DNA from: an uncultured bacterium
GTDB taxonomy: Bacteria; Babelota; Babeliae; Babelales; JABCYS01
Length of the DNA stretch: 64,000 bases
Assembly (NCBI GenBank): GCA_963705705.1
Contig: CAVPKK010000003.1
Coordinates: 1 to 64,000, forward strand
Direction: 5' to 3'
Below the pieces are notes generated by a model. The model worked only from the letters and a program-made list of their open reading frames with translations. It made no database searches and was not told where the DNA came from. Positions 9,261-19,523 of the stretch are shown here, piece after piece (the first letter of the stretch is position 1; each line of letters opens with the position of its first letter). Both the position numbers and the translations under genes were made by a program.

Positions 9261-11982
9261 TTTTAATAATTTGTCAGCGCAAGAAATTGCGCGTGAATTT
9301 CAAACCTCATTAACCAATGGATTGACCGCTGAAGAAGCAGCGCGGCGATTAAAGCAAGTTGGTGAAAACCGATTGCCAGAACACAAAGCGCCCTCGCTTT
9401 TTATTATCTTTTTGCATCAATTTCAAAATCCCCTCATTTACATTTTGCTTGTCGCAGCAGCAATCATTTTTTTCCTCGGTAGTCCGAGTGATGCCTTTAT
9501 TATCAGTGGCGTTTTATTATTTAATGCGTGTATTGGTACGATCCAAGAAGGTCGCACGCAGAATCTGCTTGGCAGCCTGCAAAAATTATTAGGCGGTTCA
9601 GCAGTTGTTATTCGTGGCACTAAGAAAATCATTGTGCCAGAGACTGAACTTGTGCCAGGAGATCTGGTTGAGCTTCGCGAGGGAGATCACATTCCGGCCG
9701 ACATTCGGTTAGTAAGCTGTCAAAACTTACAAATCAATGAGGCTATTTTGACGGGTGAATCTGAACCCGTACGAAAATCGTTGAATTACAATGAGAACAT
9801 CGCTTATTCCGGAACTCATGTGCTCACCGGCACCGGGTTGGGCGTCATTATTGCAACAGGTACGCATACTGAAATAGGCAAAATCCAAAAAGAGATTGCG
9901 GGCATCTCTACTGAAATCCCACTCAAAGAAGAACTCGATGATCTATCATTCAAGATTTTGTGGGTGATCCTTGGCTTATGCGGCACGCTTTTTGCAGTCG
10001 GCCTTATGAGCGGACGCCCATTCTGTGATTTATTAAGCATGCTCACGGCATTATTTATTTGCGTAGTGCCTGAAGGCCTGCCTGTTGTGCTCACATTGGT
10101 ATTGGTAACGGGTGCGCATCGCATGGCAAAATCCAATGTGTTAGTAAAACAGTTGCAAGGAGTAGATACCCTTGGCCGAACTGATGTGGCGATCATCGAT
10201 AAAACGGGAACACTGACCCGAAATGAGTTGATGGTTCAGAAGGTATACATTGCGCCGCAGAATGTTTTTTGCACGGTAATGGGTGTTGGTTATTTTGCAC
10301 GTGGTGAACTATTGTGCGATAAAGGCGCTGCACTGCCAAAAGAAACAATAGCCAAACTTGGCGCTGCCAGTTCATTGCTTGGCAATGCCGTCATCAGCTA
10401 CGAAAAAGAGACGAATAGTTTCTCAATCGAAGGCGACCCAATAAATGCAGCACTCCAAGTTTTTGGCAAGAAAATTGCTTATCGACAGAATCCCAGTGTT
10501 CATTCAAATATTCAGCGAGATAAAGAACGCGCTCATCCTGAGTTTATCGAAGGATACGAGCGCGAATATGGTTTAGAGTACAATGTAAAATCAAATTCAT
10601 CCGATTTGAGTTATCAACTCATTGCAGAAATTCCATTCAATCCCGTAACATCTTATCATGCCGGCTGGTACATTCACGGCGATGAAATCATTTGCTTTGC
10701 CATCGGTTCACCAGAAGCAATATTTTCTCGTTCCGAAAAACTTCAGCCATCTGAACCAGAAAAGAATGGCTTAAGCCTCATGCTTCGCGAAGGCCTACGC
10801 ATTGTTGCATGTGCCTATAAAACAGTTCCCTTATCAATGCGCGATGCAATCATAAATGATCCCATTGCGCATGTTAGCAAACTCGAGCTCCTCGGATTTT
10901 TAGGTATGCAAGATACCATCCGTCCAGAAGTGAAAGGCATGATCGATGAAGCACGCGCCGCTGGTATACGGGTAATCATGGCGACCGGCGACCATGAGCA
11001 AACGGCAATGTATGTGGCTCAGGCTGTCGGCATTTATCGCGAAAATGATGAAGTGTTAACTGGCGCGGAAATAGATCAGTTATCTGAAGCGGAGCTTATT
11101 CGCATCATTGAAAAGGTAACAGTATATGCGCGCGTGACGCCAATCCAAAAATTAAGACTCGTGCAACGTTGGCAAAAGTTAGGCAAGATTGTTGCCATGA
11201 CCGGTGACGGGGTAAACGACGCGCCATCATTAGTTGCCGCAGACGTTGGCATTGCCATGGGCATGATCGGTACCGACGTGGCCAAAGAAGCTGCCGGTAT
11301 CGTATTGCTTGATGACTCATTTGCAAGCGTGATGAATGCTATTGAGCAGGGCAGGCATATTATTTATTCATTACGTCGCGTAATTTTGTATTTCTTTGCA
11401 ACCAATGCCGGTGAAGTATTGGTAGTTCTTTTTGCTTTGATGCTGAACAAACCACTGCCAATTCTTGCCGCCCAAATTTTGTGGTTGAATCTGGTAACCG
11501 ATGGCTTTTTGGATATTGCCTTGGCGATGGAACCAAAAGAGACCGATTTACTACAGCAACCTCGCAAGCGCTTCAAATTAATAGACCGTAATCTTGTCAT
11601 CAAAATGCTGTATATGGCACTTCCTATGGGCATCGGCTCAATGTTTGTCTTTGAACTATATGCCGATGATCTGGCAAAAGCACGTACTATGACCTTAATC
11701 ACCATGGCCATGTATCAATGGTTCAATGCCTGGAACTGCCGCTCGGAACGCAAATCGATTTTTGAAATTGGCTGGCTCAGCAATAGTTGGTTCTTGGCTG
11801 CCTCGGTCTTAGTTGCCGTACTCCAAATAGCAGTTGTATATATGCCGTTATTACGCGACATATTCCATACAGTACCTATCTCAGCCCAAGAATTCGGCTT
11901 CATTCTGCTTATTACCTGTCCGCTATTGCTGATTGAAGAGATCCGCAAACTATTTGTACGTAAGTTTATGGCGGCTAACTAA
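9244..11982 (+). CDS. Cation-transporting P-type ATPase (type II, Ca2+-ATPase-like)
   Basis: TGES, PEGL, DKTGTLT, TGD, GDGVNDAP, QILWLNLVTD; ATG at 9244. Confidence 0.93.
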   Translation: MSSQNNFNNLSAQEIAREFQTSLTNGLTAEEAARRLKQVGENRLPEHKAPSLFIIFLHQFQNPLIYILLVAAAIIFFLGSPSDAFIISGVLLFNACIGTIQEGRTQNLLGSLQKLLGGSAVVIRGTKKIIVPETELVPGDLVELREGDHIPADIRLVSCQNLQINEAILTGESEPVRKSLNYNENIAYSGTHVLTGTGLGVIIATGTHTEIGKIQKEIAGISTEIPLKEELDDLSFKILWVILGLCGTLFAVGLMSGRPFCDLLSMLTALFICVVPEGLPVVLTLVLVTGAHRMAKSNVLVKQLQGVDTLGRTDVAIIDKTGTLTRNELMVQKVYIAPQNVFCTVMGVGYFARGELLCDKGAALPKETIAKLGAASSLLGNAVISYEKETNSFSIEGDPINAALQVFGKKIAYRQNPSVHSNIQRDKERAHPEFIEGYEREYGLEYNVKSNSSDLSYQLIAEIPFNPVTSYHAGWYIHGDEIICFAIGSPEAIFSRSEKLQPSEPEKNGLSLMLREGLRIVACAYKTVPLSMRDAIINDPIAHVSKLELLGFLGMQDTIRPEVKGMIDEARAAGIRVIMATGDHEQTAMYVAQAVGIYRENDEVLTGAEIDQLSEAELIRIIEKVTVYARVTPIQKLRLVQRWQKLGKIVAMTGDGVNDAPSLVAADVGIAMGMIGTDVAKEAAGIVLLDDSFASVMNAIEQGRHIIYSLRRVILYFFATNAGEVLVVLFALMLNKPLPILAAQILWLNLVTDGFLDIALAMEPKETDLLQQPRKRFKLIDRNLVIKMLYMALPMGIGSMFVFELYADDLAKARTMTLITMAMYQWFNAWNCRSERKSIFEIGWLSNSWFLAASVLVAVLQIAVVYMPLLRDIFHTVPISAQEFGFILLITCPLLLIEEIRKLFVRKFMAAN
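10528..10564. repeat. Palindromic element inside the P-type ATPase gene (encodes RAHPEFIEGYER)
   Basis: cgcgctca-tcctgag-ttta-tcgaagga-tacgagcgcg. Confidence 0.85.
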
Positions 11983-11987
11983 GCAAA

Positions 11988-12126
11988 TTATGTATTAATT
12001 GCCAGCGAACCCCAAAAAAGCCTTTTGAATCCAGCAAAAACCCTTCCTTTTTGCCAACCCAATCTGTTACCTTAGATCATAATATGGCTAGATCGCCATT
12101 TAATTAACTTAAAAAAAGGACGAATT
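11988..12126 (+). promoter_or_regulatory. Upstream/promoter region of LRR sub-array 1
   Basis: 139-bp segment closely repeated at 19385..19523; ends in AAAGGACGAATT-ATG. Confidence 0.7.
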
Positions 12127-13197
12127 ATGATCAAGCGAAACCTATTTTTGTTGCTATTAACCTTAGCCGGTTCGGCAGAAGCTATTTCTTTTCAAGACTA
12201 TTATCATGGCAATGAGGAATTGGGTATTCCGTCGCATAAGAAAGAGGTCGATGCTGGGGTTGCAGATGGTGTATTAGGTTTACAACGAAAAAAGCTCACG
12301 GATTTAATCGGTTTCGATGAGATTCCTGGTCTAACTGCGCTTGAAGAAATTTATCTCAATAACAATCAGTTAACTGCGCTTCCGGCTAATATTTTCAACG
12401 GCCTGTCAGCACTTCAATTTCTGAATCTCAGTTACAATCAGTTTACTGCACTCCCAGATAATTTGTTTAATGGTTTAACCTCACTTCGAATTCTTGAGCT
12501 CAATGACAACCAACTCACTGCACTTCCGGCTGACCTCTTTCATGGCCTAACCGCGCTTCAAAAACTTGATCTCTATAACAATCCAATATCTTTAACCGAA
12601 GAACAATTACTTAAAGAATTACAATTGCCTGCCAATATTAATCTGCGATTTAAAACTCGCGAACAAAAGTGGGCTGAACGTAAATTATTTGTTGCGATTG
12701 GAAATGCTGATGCTGTAACATTTCGCGATCGACTTGCTGAAATCATGGCAGAAAGAGATCGCGAAAGAATCAGTACGGTGATGGGTACTCCCATTGTCGT
12801 CTCAAAAATCCGAGATGCCAAGGGAAATAATTTATTACACGCAGCTATAAAAGAAGCTGCAAAAAGAATTAAGGTAATTGATAAAGAGCTTGAGAATATC
12901 CGGCGAGATGAAGAGCTGTCAGCAGATGAGAAGAAGACCGCCACCAGCGTGCTATTGGAACAGAAAAGAGAGATTAATGACCGCTACATGAAAATAATGA
13001 GCGCCATTCTTTCCTGTGGCGAGGAGTGCGTGCAAGACATGCTCTTTACACCTAATGCCGAAGGTCAACAGGTAATTGATGCAATATTTGCCGACCTTGG
13101 ATTCAATAGCCCGATATACAAGGCAATACTTGAGGGCCTAACACCAGAAGAAAAAGCAAAAGAAACACAAGAAAAAAAAGAAAAAGGTGAAGCATGA
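12127..13197 (+). CDS. Secreted LRR + split-ankyrin protein, copy 1 (3 full LRRs)
   Basis: Signal AGSAEA/ISF, 24-aa LxxLxLxxNxLxxLPxxxFxGLxx repeats, DAKGNNLLHAAI. Confidence 0.9.
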   Translation: MIKRNLFLLLLTLAGSAEAISFQDYYHGNEELGIPSHKKEVDAGVADGVLGLQRKKLTDLIGFDEIPGLTALEEIYLNNNQLTALPANIFNGLSALQFLNLSYNQFTALPDNLFNGLTSLRILELNDNQLTALPADLFHGLTALQKLDLYNNPISLTEEQLLKELQLPANINLRFKTREQKWAERKLFVAIGNADAVTFRDRLAEIMAERDRERISTVMGTPIVVSKIRDAKGNNLLHAAIKEAAKRIKVIDKELENIRRDEELSADEKKTATSVLLEQKREINDRYMKIMSAILSCGEECVQDMLFTPNAEGQQVIDAIFADLGFNSPIYKAILEGLTPEEKAKETQEKKEKGEA

Positions 13198-14228
13198 AAT
13201 ACAAAAATAGCTTACTTCTTTTATTGATTGCATTGTCCGGATCGGCGCAGGCTATTTCTTTCCTAGACTATTATCATGACTATTACCAGGACAAGTCAGT
13301 ATTTAAAAAACTGGGAATCCCGTCACATAAGGAAGAGGTCGATGAAGAGGTTGCAGCAGGTGAGTTGCATTTATATAACAAGGACCTTACTGACTTAGTT
13401 GGTTTCAATGAGATTCCAGGCCTGATTGCGCTTCGAGTACTTAATCTCGGTGACAACCAGCTCACCACAGTTCCTGCTAACATTTTCAACGGACTTAACC
13501 TTGAAGCTGTCTATCTCGAAAACAATCCAATACCTTTAACTCATGCTCAATTGCGTAAGAAATTACAATTGCCTCGCAATGTTGTGCTGGGATTTAAAAG
13601 TCTAGGACAGGAACAGGCCGAGCATGATCTGTTTACTGCGATCAAGAATTCTTATGCTTTTAGGGTGCGCCAGAGGATTGATGATATGGTGCGCGGACTT
13701 TTTAGCAGAATAAATATCTCCAAAATTCGTGATGCCAATGGCGATAACCTATTGCATGCGGCTATAAAAGATGCTGCAAAAAGAATCGAGGTAATTGATA
13801 AAGAGCTAGGAAATATCCGGCGAGATGAAGAGCTGTCAGCAGATGAGAAGAAGACCGCCACCAGTGTGCTATTGGAACAAAAAAGAGAGATTAATGACCG
13901 CTACATGAAAATAATGGGCGCCATTCTTTCCTGTGGCGAGGAGTGTGTGCAAGACATGCTCTTTACACCTAATGCCGAAGGTCAACAGGTAATTGATGAG
14001 ATAGTCGCAAAACTCGGCTTCAATAGTCCGACATACAAGGCGATATTCGAGGGCTTAAGTTCTGAAGAAGAAGTACTGCATCCGCGGCCAAAGCGTGCTC
14101 TAGAGCAAGCAGCTTCAGAAGCGGCAAAGCCTGTCGAGACCATGGTAGATGTCGAAGCGATTGAAAAAGAGCAAGAAGAAGAAGCCGAAGATAGAAAACG
14201 CCAGAAGCCTAACCAACCGGAAGAGTAG
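13194..14228 (+). CDS. Secreted LRR + split-ankyrin protein, copy 2 (1 LRR, NLS-like tail)
   Basis: Paralogue; tail HPRPKR...RKRQKP. Confidence 0.9.
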   Translation: MKYKNSLLLLLIALSGSAQAISFLDYYHDYYQDKSVFKKLGIPSHKEEVDEEVAAGELHLYNKDLTDLVGFNEIPGLIALRVLNLGDNQLTTVPANIFNGLNLEAVYLENNPIPLTHAQLRKKLQLPRNVVLGFKSLGQEQAEHDLFTAIKNSYAFRVRQRIDDMVRGLFSRINISKIRDANGDNLLHAAIKDAAKRIEVIDKELGNIRRDEELSADEKKTATSVLLEQKREINDRYMKIMGAILSCGEECVQDMLFTPNAEGQQVIDEIVAKLGFNSPTYKAIFEGLSSEEEVLHPRPKRALEQAASEAAKPVETMVDVEAIEKEQEEEAEDRKRQKPNQPEE

Positions 14229-14242
14229 TAAAAGAGACTAAA

Positions 14243-15343
14243 ATGATAAAAAAAATAAGTTACATAACAGGAACACTCATCTTAACCCTAGCCAGTACGG
14301 CAGAGGCTATTTCTTTCCGCGACTATTACCATGGCAATGCAGCATTAGGCATCCCCTCGCATGAGAAAGAGATCAATTGGGAGATTGCAAGAAGTGACTT
14401 AAATTTAGGTTACAAAGGGCTCACTGATTTAATCGGTTTCGAAGAAGTTCCTGGTCTGACTGCGCTTCGGGTACTTTATCTCAACGACAACCAGCTCACT
14501 GCGCTTCCTAAGAATATTTTCCCTAGCCTAACTGCCCTTCGAATGCTTTATCTCTACAATAATCCAATACCTCTAACTGAAAAGCAATTGCGTCAGGAAT
14601 TACAATTGCCCAACAATGTTCATCTGACATTTAAAAGGTCAGAAGAAGAGGAAGCTGAACAGAACCTATTTACTGAGATTGGGAATGCTGATGTTGCGGC
14701 AGTGCGTCGACAGCTCGATGATATTATGGTTGGAAAGATCCGTGGGCCTTTCTATAGCAAAATAAATATTTCCAAAATTCGCGATTCCAATGGCAATAAT
14801 TTATTACATGCTGCGATAAGGGATGCGGCAGAAAGAATTAAGATTATAGATGGTATGAGTACTGGGTTGTCAGAAGTAAAAAAGAAAGCAGTAAAGGAAG
14901 TGCAGACAGAACAAAAAAGAGAGATTAATGACCGCTACATGAAGATAATAAGTGCCATTCTTTCATGCGGGGAAGAATGCGTGCAAAATATGCTCTTTAC
15001 CTCTAATGCCGAAGGACAACAAGTAGTTGATGCGATATTTGCCAAACTTGGATTCAATAGCCCGATTACGCATGCAATATTGTATGTTCTAAGTACAGAA
15101 GAATCCCGAAATGCTCATCTTTCCGCTCACCCAAAGCTTGTCGAAGAATTTGAAAGAAAAATACACATGGAAGAAGCTGAACAAGCAGCGGTTCATCATC
15201 GCCCAAAACGGGCTCTAGAGCAAGCAGCTCCAGGAGCAATACAGCCTGCCGAACCTATGGTAGATGTTGAATCAGTTGAAAAAGAGCAAGAAGAAGAAGC
15301 CGAAGATAGAAAACGCCAGAAGCCTACCCAACCGGAAGAGTAG
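14243..15343 (+). CDS. Secreted LRR + split-ankyrin protein, copy 3 (1 LRR, NLS-like tail)
   Basis: Paralogue; tail HRPKR...RKRQKP. Confidence 0.9.
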   Translation: MIKKISYITGTLILTLASTAEAISFRDYYHGNAALGIPSHEKEINWEIARSDLNLGYKGLTDLIGFEEVPGLTALRVLYLNDNQLTALPKNIFPSLTALRMLYLYNNPIPLTEKQLRQELQLPNNVHLTFKRSEEEEAEQNLFTEIGNADVAAVRRQLDDIMVGKIRGPFYSKINISKIRDSNGNNLLHAAIRDAAERIKIIDGMSTGLSEVKKKAVKEVQTEQKREINDRYMKIISAILSCGEECVQNMLFTSNAEGQQVVDAIFAKLGFNSPITHAILYVLSTEESRNAHLSAHPKLVEEFERKIHMEEAEQAAVHHRPKRALEQAAPGAIQPAEPMVDVESVEKEQEEEAEDRKRQKPTQPEE

Positions 15344-15357
15344 TAAAAGAGACCAAA

Positions 15358-16578
15358 ATGATAAAAAAAATAAGTTACATAACAGGAACACTCATCCTAA
15401 CCCTGGCCAGTACGGTAGAGGCTATTTCTTTCCGAGACTATTACCGTGGCAATGCGGAATTAGGTATCCCGCCGCACGAGAAAAAGATCGATGATGCTGT
15501 TGCCACAGGTACATTGGATTTAAGCAACAAAGAACTCACTGATTTAGTCGGTTTCAACGAGATTCCTGGACTATCTGTGCTTCGGAACCTTCTTCTTAAT
15601 AATAATCACATCACTGCACTCTCTGAGAATGTTTTCCATGAACTCACAGCGCTTGAATATCTTGTTCTTAACAGCAATGACCTAACTGTGCTTCCAGAGA
15701 ATATCTTTCATGGACTTAGCGCACTTCAGACTCTTTATCTTGGCAGTAATCAGTTAGCTGCGCTCCCCGAGAATATCTTCCATGGCCTTACATCACTTCA
15801 GGTCATTTCTCTTGGCAACAATCAGCTCACCGCGCTTCCGGAACATGTCTTCGCTCAACTTAAAGCGCTTCAGGAGCTTTCTCTTATGAATAATCCAATA
15901 CGATTAACCCAAGCAGAATTGCGGAATGAATTACAATTGCCCAGCGAGGTGAAGTTGAATTTTAAAACCGCAGAGCAAGCACAGGCTGAACAGAAATTAT
16001 TTGCTGCTATGAAGAATGCGGACGCTTCGGCAGTGCGCCGGCGACTTGATGACATTATGGCCGAAAAGATTCGGCACCATATAATCATTTCAAAAATTCG
16101 TGATATCAATGGAGATAATTTATTACACGCGGCTATAAGAGATGCAGCAGAAAGAATTGGAGCAATTGATAAAGAGTTAGGAAATATCCGGCGGGATGCA
16201 AAGCTATCAATGGAAGAGAAAAATGAAGCGAACAAGGTGCTATTAGAACGAAAATCAGAAATTAATGACCAGTACATGAAAATAATAAGTGCCATTCTTT
16301 CCTGCGGCGAAGAATGCATACAAAATATGCTCTTTACTCCAAATGCCGAAGGGCAACAAGTAATTGATGCAGTGGTAGCCAAACTTGGATTCGATAGTCC
16401 GATATACAAGGCAATACTCGAGGGTTTAACTTCAGAAGAAGCAAAAGAAAAAAAAGAAAAAGAGCAAAGTGATTCTGGACGCGTAGCAACCCAAGCGAGC
16501 ACCGCGAATTTTGGGTGGACGCCAGCCCATCAACCTCAAGAAAAAGAAGAGGAAGCGCAACATGAAACTCAAAAATAG
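15358..16578 (+). CDS. Secreted LRR + split-ankyrin protein, copy 4 (4 LRRs)
   Basis: Paralogue with the same architecture. Confidence 0.9.
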   Translation: MIKKISYITGTLILTLASTVEAISFRDYYRGNAELGIPPHEKKIDDAVATGTLDLSNKELTDLVGFNEIPGLSVLRNLLLNNNHITALSENVFHELTALEYLVLNSNDLTVLPENIFHGLSALQTLYLGSNQLAALPENIFHGLTSLQVISLGNNQLTALPEHVFAQLKALQELSLMNNPIRLTQAELRNELQLPSEVKLNFKTAEQAQAEQKLFAAMKNADASAVRRRLDDIMAEKIRHHIIISKIRDINGDNLLHAAIRDAAERIGAIDKELGNIRRDAKLSMEEKNEANKVLLERKSEINDQYMKIISAILSCGEECIQNMLFTPNAEGQQVIDAVVAKLGFDSPIYKAILEGLTSEEAKEKKEKEQSDSGRVATQASTANFGWTPAHQPQEKEEEAQHETQK

Positions 16579-17911
16579 TGTATTTCTCTTATTAATTGCC
16601 ATGGCCGGATCGGCACAGGCTATTTCTTTTCGAGACTACTACTATGGTAATTGGGAATTAGATATTCCGTCACATGAGAAAGAAGTCAATGCTTGCGTAA
16701 TTTCATTGCGTTATTTAAGTTTAAGAAACAAAGACCTTACAGATTTAATCGGTTTCCATGAGATTCCTGGGCTGAATAGGCTTCGACAATTGCGGCTCGA
16801 CGATAACCAGCTCACACTTTCCGCTGACACTTTCCAAGGTTTACCCACTCTTGAAGATTTAAATCTTGCGCACAATCAGCTTACTGCACTGCCACCTAAT
16901 ATTTTCAATGATTTAACTGCACTTCAATGGCTTTATCTTTCCGACAACCAGCTCGCTGAGCTACCAGAAAATATTTTCAGTGCCCTAACGGCGCTAAAAG
17001 GGCTTAATCTTGGTAACAATCAACTCACCGCACTTCCTGCTAATATTTTCCGTGCCCTAACCGCATTACAGCGCGTCGATCTCTACAATAATCCAATACC
17101 ACTGACTGAAGAACAATTGTGTAAAGAATTACACTTGTCCAAAGATGTACTGAATTTTAAAGTCGCAGCAGAAGAGGAAATTGAGCTGGAATTATTTGTT
17201 GCGATGAGAAATGCTGATGTTTCCGCGACCCGCCAACTGCTCGATGATATCAGATTCGGAAAAAACGTTACGACAGTGCTGGCCAATCGCATAGCCGTCT
17301 CCAAAATACGCGATGCAAATGGGGATAATTTATTGCACGCGGCCATCAGAGATGCAGCAGAAAGAATTAAGATTATAGATGGTATGAGTGCTGGATTGCC
17401 AGAAGCAGAAAAGAAAGCAGTAAAAGAAGTACAAGCCGAGCAAAAAACAGAGATCAATGACCGCTATATGAAAATAATAAGCATCATTCTTTCATGCCAT
17501 GAAGAATATGTACAGGACATGCTATTTACAACAAATGCCGAAGGGCAACAGGTAATTGATGCGGTAATAGCCAAACTTGGATTTGATAGCCCAATTACGC
17601 AGACGATATTTTCGGTTCTAATATCTGAAGGATCTACTAATCCTCCTGCCTCCGCTCGTCCTATTCAAAGGATCCTATGCCCGTTTGAAGAGCAAGGTCC
17701 CTTCAGAGCTATGGGAGGCTTGCGCGAAAGAAAGATACGCATGGAAGAAGCCGAAAAAGAAGCGATGCATCCTCGTCCAAAGCGAGCGCTAGAACAAGCA
17801 GCTCCAGTGACGTCCGCCGAGCCCATGGTAGATGTTGAAGCAATTGAAAAAGAGCAAAAAGAAGTCGAAGGTAGAAAACGCCAGAAGCCAAATCAACCTG
17901 AAGAGCAGTAA
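16562..17911 (+). CDS. Secreted LRR + split-ankyrin protein, copy 5 (4 LRRs, NLS-like tail)
   Basis: Start reassigned to ATG 16562 (MKLKNSVF) by paralogy and the 17-nt overlap pattern. Confidence 0.9.
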   Translation: MKLKNSVFLLLIAMAGSAQAISFRDYYYGNWELDIPSHEKEVNACVISLRYLSLRNKDLTDLIGFHEIPGLNRLRQLRLDDNQLTLSADTFQGLPTLEDLNLAHNQLTALPPNIFNDLTALQWLYLSDNQLAELPENIFSALTALKGLNLGNNQLTALPANIFRALTALQRVDLYNNPIPLTEEQLCKELHLSKDVLNFKVAAEEEIELELFVAMRNADVSATRQLLDDIRFGKNVTTVLANRIAVSKIRDANGDNLLHAAIRDAAERIKIIDGMSAGLPEAEKKAVKEVQAEQKTEINDRYMKIISIILSCHEEYVQDMLFTTNAEGQQVIDAVIAKLGFDSPITQTIFSVLISEGSTNPPASARPIQRILCPFEEQGPFRAMGGLRERKIRMEEAEKEAMHPRPKRALEQAAPVTSAEPMVDVEAIEKEQKEVEGRKRQKPNQPEEQ

Positions 17912-17923
17912 ATCGAGGTCAAT

Positions 17924-19252
17924 ATGATAAAAAAAATACATTATATGGCGGGAATACTCATCCTAATCCTTGCCGGATCGGCACAGGCTATTTCCTTCCG
18001 AGACTATTACCATGGCAATGCGGAATTGGGTATTCCGTCGCATGAGAAGGAAGTTAATGATGCGATCGAAACAGGTAAATTGGATTTAAGCAACAAAGCG
18101 CTTACCGATTTAATCGGTTTCAACGAGATTCCCGGCATAACTTTGCTTTGGAGACTTGATCTCGAAGAGAATCAACTCATTATGCTTCCGGATAATGTTT
18201 TCAGAGGCTTCTCTGCTCTTAAAACTATTGATCTTAATGACAACCAGCTCACTGCGGTCCCGGCCAATATTTTTCGCGACCTATCTGCAGTTGAATCTTT
18301 ATCTCTTGCAAATAATCTTATCCAAGAACTGTCGCAGAATGTTTTTCATGGTCTAACTGCGCTTGAAGATCTTAATATCAGTAACAATCAGCTCACTGCA
18401 CTTCCGTTTAACATCTTCCAAGGACTAACCGCGCTGCGAGATGTTGCAGTCTTCAATAATCCAATACCTTTAACCCAGGAACAATTGCGTAAAGAATTAC
18501 AATTGCCTGATAATATCAGTTTGCGATTTAAAACTCCCTCACAAGAATGGGTTGAGAAGATCTTATTTGCTGCGATCGGAAATGCTGATGCATCAAATGT
18601 TCGTTATTGGCTTGATGAGATCAAGGCAGAAAGATTCAAGAGCCGTAAGCATCAATTGCTAGGTATTATTATGATCATCTCCAAAATACGGGATGCTAAA
18701 GGTGATAATTTATTGCATGCGGCTATAAGAGATGCGGCAGAAAGAATCGGCGGCATCGATAGAGAATTAGGAACCATTCGGCGGGATGAAAAGCTATCAA
18801 CCGACGAGAAGCAGGTCGCAAACGATGTGCTATTGGATCAGAAAAGAGAGATTAATGATCGCTACATGAAAGTAATAAGTGCCATTCTTTCCTGCGGCGA
18901 GGAATGCGTACAAGATATGCTCTTTACTCCAAATGTCGAAGGCCAGCAGGTAATTGATGCGGTAGTTGCAAAACTTGGTTTTGATAGTCCGATATACAAA
19001 GCAATACTCGAGGGATTAACTCCGGATGAATCCCCCGAAGCTCATCCCTCCGCTCATACTGAGCTTGGTAAAGAACCGGAAAAAAAGATACGTATGGAAG
19101 AAGCTGAAGAAGCAACAATGCATCCGCGGCCAAAGCGCACTCTTGAACAAACAGTTTCAGAGGTAGAGCCGATGGTAGATGTTGAAGTAATTGAAAAAGA
19201 GCAAGAAGAAGAAGGAAAACGACAAAAACCTAATGAACCAGAAGAGCAGTAA
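17924..19252 (+). CDS. Secreted LRR + split-ankyrin protein, copy 6 (4 LRRs, NLS-like tail)
   Basis: Paralogue; tail HPRPKR...GKRQKP. Confidence 0.9.
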   Translation: MIKKIHYMAGILILILAGSAQAISFRDYYHGNAELGIPSHEKEVNDAIETGKLDLSNKALTDLIGFNEIPGITLLWRLDLEENQLIMLPDNVFRGFSALKTIDLNDNQLTAVPANIFRDLSAVESLSLANNLIQELSQNVFHGLTALEDLNISNNQLTALPFNIFQGLTALRDVAVFNNPIPLTQEQLRKELQLPDNISLRFKTPSQEWVEKILFAAIGNADASNVRYWLDEIKAERFKSRKHQLLGIIMIISKIRDAKGDNLLHAAIRDAAERIGGIDRELGTIRRDEKLSTDEKQVANDVLLDQKREINDRYMKVISAILSCGEECVQDMLFTPNVEGQQVIDAVVAKLGFDSPIYKAILEGLTPDESPEAHPSAHTELGKEPEKKIRMEEAEEATMHPRPKRTLEQTVSEVEPMVDVEVIEKEQEEEGKRQKPNEPEEQ

Positions 19253-19384
19253 AGAGCGAGCCAAAATTTCACAAAAAAGTCAGCTCTGCATTTGAATGAG
19301 GGTAGACTTAACGCGAGTTATAAAATGCCCCTTCAATCCTAATATTGGCATAATATGGCCGAGTCCATGAGTAGGCGCGCTGCC

Positions 19385-19523
19385 TTATGTATTAATTTCG
19401 ACAAATCTTAAAAAAGCCTTTTAAATCCAGCACAAAACCCTTCCTTTTTGCCAACCAAATCTGTTACGTTAGATCATAATATGGCCATGGCCATCTAAAA
19501 TAAGCATTAAAAAAGGACGAATT
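19385..19523 (+). promoter_or_regulatory. Duplicated upstream/promoter region of LRR sub-array 2
   Basis: Copy of 11988..12126. Confidence 0.7.
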
